Shown piece after piece: positions 1-5,612 of a DNA stretch of 5,807 nucleotides. Under the pieces are notes generated by a model. That model was not told where the DNA came from and searched no databases. It saw only the letters and a program-made list of their open reading frames with translations. The position numbers were made by a program, and so were the translations under genes. Origin of the DNA: Prevotella phage Lak-C1; sequence record MK250029.1; one strand, written 5' to 3'. Each line of letters begins with the position of its first letter. Within the stretch, counting starts at the first letter, position 1.

Positions 1-2
1 TT

Positions 3-89
3 GCAACAAAGAAATTAGAATTTAAGAAAAATGAGAAAGGACAAATTATGTTAGATTTCTCATCAAGACCTAAAAAATTAAATAAATGA
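3..89 (+). CDS. C-terminal fragment of an upstream hypothetical protein (…ATKKLEFKKNEKGQIMLDFSSRPKKLNK*), truncated by the window start
   Basis: Open frame from position 3 to TGA at 87-89, followed at once by a terminator-like hairpin; frames 1 and 2 have early stops. No start codon in the window. Confidence 0.55.
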   Translation, partial: ATKKLEFKKNEKGQIMLDFSSRPKKLNK

Positions 90-99
90 AATAAAAATA

Positions 100-137
100 A
101 TATCCATTAAGAAAAAAAACTTAGTGGATATTTTTTT
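100..137 (+). terminator. Rho-independent terminator
   Basis: ATATCCATTAAG (100-111) pairs with CTTAGTGGATAT (120-131), 12 bp with one G-U, loop of 8 A, followed by a T-run through 137. Confidence 0.8.
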
Positions 138-164
138 ATATAAAGAATTATATGTATCTTTGTA
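131..164 (+). promoter_or_regulatory. Bacteroidetes-type promoter P1 (T7 upstream block, 17-nt spacer, TATCTTTG)
   Basis: TTTTTTT 131-137 and TATCTTTG 155-162, matching the known Bacteroides TAnnTTTG -7 consensus; same geometry as the 2613 and 3726 sites; located 37 nt upstream of the 199 ORF. Confidence 0.75.
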
Positions 165-198
165 TTGTAATTAAATAACAATTTAAATAATAAAGAAT

Positions 199-1206
199 AT
201 GAGTGAATTAATGTTTAAGAGTAAGAATGTAACACCACAGTTGAATACTTATGTTATTAAGGTAACAGGTAAGTATAATGATCATCTACCATGGGAAACA
301 AATATTATTAATGTAGAGGCAGATCGCATGAATAATTTTGTGTTGTTATTTCTTGCATATGTTGGTAACAGAAATTGGCAGCATAAATGGAAGAATTCTA
401 CATTCGGCGAGAATTTTAAGAAGGGACCACTGCAGACATATCTAGGTGCTTTTACCGAAGATACACATTATCCATGTATGGACCTTATGTGGAATGATGT
501 TGTTTCAGTAAACATTAATTATGTTAATAATAATGGAACATACATTTTGTGTGAACTTCCTGATGTAGAAGAGTTGTATGATACTGAGGAGGATTTCCTC
601 AAGGAACTTAAGTCACAGTTTGATGAATTTAATAAGAATGATCCTCGTGATGTTTATGAGGATGAAGGAATTGAGATTGTTGATTCATATGAGCTTGAGC
701 TTGTAAGAAATGTTCTTCGTTCTACTGGTAAGTGGGATAATGATGAAATTGATAATCTGTTTTGGGTTGATCGAGAGATTGGTTTTAGTTCATTGGTTGC
801 ACGTACTTCTACAGATGAAAATATTCTTAAAGTATGTAAGCAGGAACATGCTAAGAGTGCAACAGGTGTTGAGTATAATGGATTTAAACCAGAAACACTC
901 GAAAAGATTAAGACCGCTATTATTGGAACAAATCTTCCAGAGGAAACTAAGACATTTGTAATTGATATTTGTTCTAAGTATAATTCAAAGAATATGTTGA
1001 GTGAATCTGAGAAGGAAGATCTTAAGAATATCATGGAAACATATAATTTGGTAAATTATTCATATGGATGGATTGGTCCAGATGGTTGGAGCGGTATTTA
1101 CCTTGAGCATGTGGTAGATCCAGAGATGATTGATTTCGATGATTATTCAGAGAATTCAGTTATTAAGTATGAGGGTGAAACATATATTATTCATGAAGGA
1201 GATTAA
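199..1206 (+). CDS. Hypothetical protein, 335 aa
   Basis: Long ORF with ATG and TAA directly downstream of promoter P1; no family motif recognised by eye. Confidence 0.9.
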   Translation: MSELMFKSKNVTPQLNTYVIKVTGKYNDHLPWETNIINVEADRMNNFVLLFLAYVGNRNWQHKWKNSTFGENFKKGPLQTYLGAFTEDTHYPCMDLMWNDVVSVNINYVNNNGTYILCELPDVEELYDTEEDFLKELKSQFDEFNKNDPRDVYEDEGIEIVDSYELELVRNVLRSTGKWDNDEIDNLFWVDREIGFSSLVARTSTDENILKVCKQEHAKSATGVEYNGFKPETLEKIKTAIIGTNLPEETKTFVIDICSKYNSKNMLSESEKEDLKNIMETYNLVNYSYGWIGPDGWSGIYLEHVVDPEMIDFDDYSENSVIKYEGETYIIHEGD

Positions 1207-1209
1207 TTT

Positions 1210-1632
1210 ATGTTAATTATTCTATCAATAGTATTAATTATTGTAGGATTATTTCTTGGAATTTTAATAGGTACTTTAGGATCATTTGGTGATTCTGAAA
1301 TACCTATTAAAGAAGATAAAATAATCAAGAGATGTTTGTTATTTAATATAGCATCTCGGTGTGATAAAATTATACTTGTATGTTGTACACCATTCGGATG
1401 GTTAGGAATTCTTTTATTATTTGTATGTTGTTTTGTATTTCAACATATTATAGGAATTATGTTTATTAGTCCTTTACCTATGATGGAATTTCTTAATACA
1501 TTTGAAGACAAAATATATAGTCTTGCACTATTATATTTAGTACCTATGTTTGGTGGTTATTTTATAGGTTATAATTATATGAATAATTTTATTAAACGAA
1601 TAGAAAAAGAAGAACATGAAGAAAGGAACTAA
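1210..1632 (+). CDS. Hypothetical multi-pass membrane protein, 140 aa
   Basis: ORF starting 3 nt after the previous stop codon; several hydrophobic segments (MLIILSIVLIIVGLFLGILIG, LLFVCCFVFQHIIGIMF, LALLYLVPMFGGYFIGYN). Confidence 0.85.
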   Translation: MLIILSIVLIIVGLFLGILIGTLGSFGDSEIPIKEDKIIKRCLLFNIASRCDKIILVCCTPFGWLGILLLFVCCFVFQHIIGIMFISPLPMMEFLNTFEDKIYSLALLYLVPMFGGYFIGYNYMNNFIKRIEKEEHEERN

Positions 1633-2110
1633 ATTTTATGTTATATTAGGTTATAATACAGAAACAGAAACCTGGTATGGATATGTAGAACATTCTTTTT
1701 CTATGGGTGCAGATAAAAATAGGATTAGAACATTTTCTACATGTAGAGCAGATTATCCTTGGAAAGATAGATCATTTCCAGAGAGAAAAAGAATAGCGAA
1801 AGCATATTTGAAGAAACATGGTTATAGATGTAATTATGCTCGTGATTATATTATAGACGCAAAGATGAATCCTAATTCACCAAATCAATGGATTTATTTT
1901 TATTTGCGAGATATTGCAGACAATCTTAATAAAAAACATTATAATAATTGTCATTGGAAAGTATATAGAGTAAATTCTAAGTTTTGTCCTATTAATGTAA
2001 ATATGAATGAATATTACAAAACATTAGTAAATAAGAAATTTAGGAAGTCTCTTGACAAATTTCAATTAAGAAATCAAGAATTTTCTGTAAAGGAAGTTTC
2101 AAAAGATTAA
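1616..2110 (+). CDS. Hypothetical protein, 164 aa
   Basis: ORF overlapping the previous one by 17 nt, basic and aromatic-rich; no family recognised. Confidence 0.8.
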   Translation: MKKGTKFYVILGYNTETETWYGYVEHSFSMGADKNRIRTFSTCRADYPWKDRSFPERKRIAKAYLKKHGYRCNYARDYIIDAKMNPNSPNQWIYFYLRDIADNLNKKHYNNCHWKVYRVNSKFCPINVNMNEYYKTLVNKKFRKSLDKFQLRNQEFSVKEVSKD

Positions 2111-2117
2111 AAATATA

Positions 2118-2371
2118 TCGGTATGGCTCTAAAGGAGAGAGCATCATTTATGACTAATGATGACGAAGATTTGTTCGTAAGTTAATCTTTACTAAGAGAA
2201 TATACAATATTTAGTTATATAGAAGTAATTTAATTGTTATAATGCGAAGACAATTTTATATGAAACTATATATGTCATTTATGAGATTATAGTGAAGAAT
2301 AGCATTTACAGTAACTATAATAAGATGATATAAACAATATAACTTCTGTGGTTCGATTCCACACGTACTGA
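2118..2371 (+). tRNA. Candidate interrupted tRNA / tRNA-like element with ~170-180 nt inserted at the anticodon loop; identity not assigned
   Basis: T arm TGTGG-TTCGATT-CCACA (2347-2363) is perfect. Acceptor CGGTATG (2119-2125) pairs with CGTACTG (2364-2370) with two G-U pairs, extendable by T2118-A2371. D-arm-like GCTC-TAAAGGAGA-GAGC (2126-2142) contains GG. Anticodon-stem candidate ATCAT (2143-2147)/ATGAT (2325-2329). The 8-9 linker is abnormal and the variable region is long. Confidence 0.35.
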
Positions 2372-2390
2372 CTAATAAACATATAACATT

Positions 2391-2609
2391 ATGAAAGAAG
2401 AAATTAAATTCTTAGGTAAAACACCGAGAGAAATTGCAGAACGTTACTTCAATAAATCATATGAAGGTAAAGAACGATATGATATTTTAGTTGAAGGCTT
2501 TATTGAGGGATTTAATTATCTATTTCCTCATTATGATATAGCTAATACTTTGGTTGAAACATTTGAACGAATTAAAGAATTAGAGAATAAAGAGAAAAAA
2601 GATTCATAA
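2391..2609 (+). CDS. Small hypothetical protein, 72 aa
   Basis: ORF with charged, amphipathic protein-like composition (MKEEIKFLGKTPREIAERYFNKSYEGKERYDILVEGF…), between the 2118..2371 element and promoter P2. Confidence 0.7.
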   Translation: MKEEIKFLGKTPREIAERYFNKSYEGKERYDILVEGFIEGFNYLFPHYDIANTLVETFERIKELENKEKKDS

Positions 2610-2612
2610 TTA

Positions 2613-2646
2613 TTTTTTTAATTGAAATAAAATATGTATCTTTGTA
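2613..2646 (+). promoter_or_regulatory. Bacteroidetes-type promoter P2, in front of the ORF-poor structured region
   Basis: TTTTTTT 2613-2619, 17-nt spacer, TATCTTTG 2637-2644. The 20-mer TATGTATCTTTGTATTGTAA (2633-2652) is identical to 151-170. Confidence 0.75.
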
Positions 2647-2860
2647 TTGTAAATAATGAACACCTATAAGTGTTAAGTAACATAGGTATGGAAACCCTAC
2701 GGTTCGTAAGTAGTAATATCGAATAGTCCGCATAATAGGAACATGTCATTATTTTAACATTTATATAAGAATATACTACATGTCTTATATGAGCGTCAGG
2801 AGTATTGTAACAGAGTCGACGTGTTTACATTTTTAGAGGCGCAGCTTTTAAATCTGACTA

Positions 2861-2894
2861 TTCTACGTAAAGTAGTGTTCTATGTAAAGTAGTG
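2861..2894 (+). repeat. 17-nt tandem duplication, TTCTACGTAAAGTAGTG / TTCTATGTAAAGTAGTG
   Basis: Copies 2861-2877 and 2878-2894 differ at one position; each can form a CTA(C/T)-GTAAA-GTAG mini-hairpin, with C-G in copy 1 and U-G in copy 2. Confidence 0.85.
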
Positions 2895-2976
2895 AAGTGC
2901 AAGATACGGCGTCAGTACAAGTCTATATAATAAGTTGCAAATAAAAATAGAAACTGTTAAAATTCGTATCTAATTT

Positions 2977-3147
2977 GTCTGTATTTCACAATGGTTAATG
3001 AGGTACATGAAAAGTGATTTGGAAGAATCATTATAGATATATATGATTAAGATAACGTTCAACTAAGCTATAGAATAATAGTAAGTACAGCGCTGAAAAT
3101 ATATGTTTATATGTATTGCGGTTGTGGTTCGATTCCACATACAGACA
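2977..3147 (+). tRNA. Candidate interrupted tRNA with ~100 nt inserted in the anticodon loop; anticodon not assignable with confidence
   Basis: Acceptor GTCTGTA (2977-2983) pairs perfectly with TACAGAC (3140-3146). T arm TGTGG-TTCGATT-CCACA (3123-3139) is perfect. D arm is TCA (2986-2988)/TGA (2999-3001) with GG at 2993-2994, and G26 is G3002. Anticodon stem GTACA (3003-3007) pairs with TGTAT (3112-3116), one G-U. Confidence 0.55.
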
Positions 3148-3193
3148 CGACTTATTAATGATGAAAAGTCTGCACTTAACAAAATATAAAAAA

Positions 3194-3364
3194 CATTTTA
3201 ATGTACTGTTGATTATATGTTTTAATTTTGTTAACTAAGAGATTCTTGTAAATTATAAAAATTTACAAATCGAGGGGAACGCATAACGGCAATTATGTTA
3301 GTACTTGGCGTTTAATGAAATGAATATGTATATTTGCCGATGTGCATATGAGTGACATTAAATG
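3194..3364 (+). ncRNA. Structured RNA subdomain with a predicted loop-distal pseudoknot
   Basis: Closing helix TTTAATGT (3197-3204)/ACATTAAA (3355-3362), plus CA/TG across a bulge. Hairpin TTGTAAATT-ATAAA-AATTTACAA (3246-3268). AACG (3278-3281)/CGTT (3309-3312) encloses CATAA-CGGCAA-TTATG (3282-3297), whose loop CGGCAA is complementary to TTGCCG (3334-3339). Confidence 0.6.
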
Positions 3365-3369
3365 ATAAA

Positions 3370-3462
3370 ATTATAATAGTGTAGCGGTTCGCACGCCCGT
3401 TGGTAAAACGGGAAGGGTTTATGTTTGAAAGCATATTAGGGGTTCGACTCCCGCTTATAAAC
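3370..3462 (+). tRNA. Degenerate or atypical class II (long variable arm) tRNA-like element, possible GTA (Tyr) anticodon
   Basis: Linker TA at 3377-3378; D arm GTGT-AGCGGTTC-GCAC (3379-3394); anticodon arm CCCGT-TGGTAAA-ACGGG (3396-3412); long variable arm with TATG/CATA; T loop TTCGACT (3443-3449) on GGG/CCC. Against: T stem has G-G and A-C mismatches, position 33 is G, and the acceptor is only TTATAA/TTATAA. Confidence 0.35.
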
Positions 3463-3470
3463 AATTAAAT

Positions 3471-3619
3471 TACATAATGTTCTCACGAAGAGCGAGCATC
3501 GGAAGGTGAGCAATTTAGAAAGATATTTAAGAGTGATCATATTAAATTGATTTCTAACAGAAATACGGTGACGTAGGAGCTGAAAAAGAACAAACGTATG
3601 GTAATGTTAACATTATGTA
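3471..3619 (+). ncRNA. Structured RNA domain closed by an 11-bp perfect helix
   Basis: TACATAATGTT (3471-3481) pairs with AACATTATGTA (3609-3619). Inside: CTCAC/GTGAG (3482-3486/3506-3510); TTAGAAA-gat-ATTTAA (3515-3530) with TTAAAT-tga-TTTCTAA (3542-3557); TACG-GTGA-CGTA (3564-3575) with a GNRA tetraloop. TTTTT follows at 3620. Confidence 0.65.
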
Positions 3620-3697
3620 TTTTTAAAAAATTTTATTTTTTTCCACACAGACTTTGATACATTTTTTGTATCATATATTATATTTAATTTTGAAGTT

Positions 3698-3732
3698 AAA
3701 TCAGATGCTTGTGATAAGTATCTGATTTTTTT
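3698..3732 (+). terminator. Rho-independent terminator
   Basis: AAATCAGATGCTT (3698-3710) pairs with AAGTATCTGATTT (3716-3728), 13 bp with one G-U, loop GTGAT, T-run to 3732. Confidence 0.85.
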
Positions 3733-3759
3733 AATTCATAAAAAATATGTATCTTTGTA
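3726..3759 (+). promoter_or_regulatory. Bacteroidetes-type promoter P3 for the nadR-pnuC cluster
   Basis: TTTTTTT 3726-3732, 17-nt spacer, TATCTTTG 3750-3757; same geometry as P1 and P2; nadR ATG at 3788. Confidence 0.75.
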
Positions 3760-3787
3760 ATATATTAAATAATAATTAAATAATTAA

Positions 3788-4948
3788 ATGATTAAGAATA
3801 TAGGAATTTGTTTTGGTGGTTATTGTCCTATGCATCAGGGACATCTTGACCTTATAATGAAAGCAAAGAAAGAAAATGATATTTGTTATGTGGTTGTTTG
3901 TGGTTATACAGATGAACCACGTGGTAATGAATTAGGTCTTAATATTAATAATAGAAAAAGACTTATTAAAGAGTTTTTTAAAAATGATGAACTTATTCGA
4001 GTTCTTACTGTAAATGATACAGAATTAGGTATTGATGAAAGTATGTCTGAACATAATTGGAAAGTATGGACAGATTATGTAAAATATCAAATTACAGATG
4101 ATCTTTGGGGTGGTGGTCCGACATATCCATTTAGTCCAGATGAAAGGATTGAAGCGCATGAATTGAAACTTACATTCTATGTTGGTGAAAAGTTCTATGT
4201 TGAATCATTGAATAAATTAAATATTAATGCAGTGTTAGTTGGTTACGATGAGAATTCACCATCTAATAGAAGTAATGATATATCAGCAACATATATTAGG
4301 CAAAATCCTCAATATTATTGGGATAAGATTGTATCAACATTTAAACCTGCATTAACAAAGAAAATTCTTGTATTAGGTACAGCATCAGAAGGAAAATCAA
4401 CACTTGTTAAAGATATTGGTAATTATTTTAATATACCATATACAACAGAATTCGGTAGAGATTATATGGAGAAACATTGTATGTTAGATCCTGATATTAC
4501 TGTAAATGATTTTGTTGAATTCCTTATTGGACAGAGACAATACTATTTTGATGCTTTGAATGATAAAGGAAATAAGGGTGTTATCATTTCAGATACTGAT
4601 AATCTCGTTACACTTATGTATGCAAAAGCATATGTATCTGATAATAATATGCAAATTACTGAAGATGAATATAACAATATATTGAAACCACTTGCAAAAT
4701 CATTACAAACAGGTGTTTCATGGGATGTAATTTATCTTATCAAACCGCATAATAAATTTGTTGATGATGGAACACGTTACATGAATCAATCTTCAATAGA
4801 TGAGAGAATGAAGAATTATAAAATTCTTTTATCATTACTTGAAGAGTTCGGTTTACTTGATAAGGTAATTGAATTGAATGGTTCTTATATGGATCATTTT
4901 AATTATGTTAAGGATTATATCACAAAATTATATGATAAAGAAAATTAA
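3788..4948 (+). CDS. nadR: NadR-type bifunctional nicotinamide-nucleotide adenylyltransferase / ribosylnicotinamide kinase, without the N-terminal HTH repressor domain
   Basis: GGYCPMHQGH carries the HxGH nucleotidyltransferase motif; ISATYIRQNPQYYWDKI matches the ISxTxxR motif; LGTASEGKSTLV is a P-loop followed by TTEFGRDYMEK, the NadR-like kinase arrangement. The protein starts directly at the nucleotidyltransferase domain. Confidence 0.92.
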   Translation: MIKNIGICFGGYCPMHQGHLDLIMKAKKENDICYVVVCGYTDEPRGNELGLNINNRKRLIKEFFKNDELIRVLTVNDTELGIDESMSEHNWKVWTDYVKYQITDDLWGGGPTYPFSPDERIEAHELKLTFYVGEKFYVESLNKLNINAVLVGYDENSPSNRSNDISATYIRQNPQYYWDKIVSTFKPALTKKILVLGTASEGKSTLVKDIGNYFNIPYTTEFGRDYMEKHCMLDPDITVNDFVEFLIGQRQYYFDALNDKGNKGVIISDTDNLVTLMYAKAYVSDNNMQITEDEYNNILKPLAKSLQTGVSWDVIYLIKPHNKFVDDGTRYMNQSSIDERMKNYKILLSLLEEFGLLDKVIELNGSYMDHFNYVKDYITKLYDKEN

Positions 4949-5597
4949 TAATATATTATATTCAGAGTTTATAGAAGGAAGAAATATTAATGAACATTTG
5001 TTTATGCTCATTGGTATTTTCCTTCAATTAATTGCATGGTATATAACTAAAGATTCATTGATTTCTTTAATATCTGGTGTAACTGGTATTATATCTGTTA
5101 TATTATGTTCACAAAGAAAGATTTCATTTTATTTCTTCGGCTTTATACAATTAGGAACATATATGTATCTTGCATGGCAGCAAAGATTTTATGGTGAATT
5201 AATAGAGAATGTATTTTATATTATTACTATGTTAATAGGTATTGTAGTATGGTTAAAAAATTACAATACAGAAGAGCAAATAGTAGAATCTAAAAGACTT
5301 TCTGATAGGTTATTCTATATAATATGTAGTATAATGGTGTTTATCTGTGTATTATTTGGTTATTATATGAAATACTTTACAGATAATACACAACCATTTA
5401 TGGATTCATTTTCAACAGTACCTGCATTTATAGCGCAGACATTGTTAATGTTACGATATAGAGAACAATGGATATTCTGGATTATAATTGATGTTGTTTC
5501 TATATTCATGTGGATGTTTGCTGATAATTGGATAATGGTTATTCAATTTATATTTTGGACAATGAATTGCATATATGGTTATAGAAAATGGAAATAA
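4932..5597 (+). CDS. pnuC: PnuC-type nicotinamide riboside transporter (track ORF opens at 4878; the ATG at 4932 is the more plausible start)
   Basis: Multiple hydrophobic helices and the PnuC-like stretch GFIQLGTYMYLAWQQRFYGELIENVFYIITMLIGIVVWLKNY; adjacent to nadR, its pathway partner. The 4932 start gives MIKKINNILYSEFIEGRN… and a 17-nt overlap rather than 71 nt. Confidence 0.87.
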   Translation: MIKKINNILYSEFIEGRNINEHLFMLIGIFLQLIAWYITKDSLISLISGVTGIISVILCSQRKISFYFFGFIQLGTYMYLAWQQRFYGELIENVFYIITMLIGIVVWLKNYNTEEQIVESKRLSDRLFYIICSIMVFICVLFGYYMKYFTDNTQPFMDSFSTVPAFIAQTLLMLRYREQWIFWIIIDVVSIFMWMFADNWIMVIQFIFWTMNCIYGYRKWK

Positions 5598-5612
5598 TAA
5601 AAATAAAATAAT

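Larger units (their letters stand above)
2651..3624 (+). ncRNA. Candidate large multi-domain structured non-coding RNA, or ncRNA/tRNA transcript
   Basis: No ORF of note in ~1 kb of otherwise dense coding sequence; begins at the predicted P2 start; many exact long helices; contains tRNA-like modules; ends with an 11-bp closing helix followed by TTTTT. Boundaries are inferred. Confidence 0.55.

Noticed and set aside
710-961. 83-aa ORF in another + frame
   Set aside because: Fully nested in the 335-aa ORF with no promoter or recognisable domain.
654-1034. Minus-strand ORF of 126 aa
   Set aside because: Lies wholly inside the 199..1206 CDS, serine/leucine-rich low-complexity composition typical of antisense reading, all other genes are on +.
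2690-2713. GGTTCG at 2701 as another tRNA T arm
   Set aside because: CTACGGTTCGTAAGTAG does not give a 5-bp/7-nt T arm in register, and no matching acceptor, D or anticodon arms were found.
2861-2894. CRISPR-like repeat
   Set aside because: Direct adjacency with no spacer, only two copies and no cas genes in the window.
2984-3139. Group I intron in the tRNA anticodon loop
   Set aside because: The insert is only ~100 nt and I cannot identify the conserved P3/P4/P6/P7 core; kept only as an interrupted tRNA-like element, to be tested by covariance search.
2118-3147. tmRNA
   Set aside because: tRNA-like ends are present, but I found no convincing tag-peptide reading frame ending in a stop or typical tmRNA 5' sequence; the sizes (254 and 171 nt) are also small.
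3602-3615. TAATGTTAACATTA 14-nt palindrome as a protein binding site
   Set aside because: Half of it is better explained as the 3' strand of the 11-bp helix 3471-3481/3609-3619; AT-rich palindromes are common here.
3656-3672. GATACA-TTTTT-TGTATC hairpin as terminator
   Set aside because: 6-bp AT-rich stem without a following U-tract; the stronger terminator is at 3698-3732. Could be a secondary structure only.
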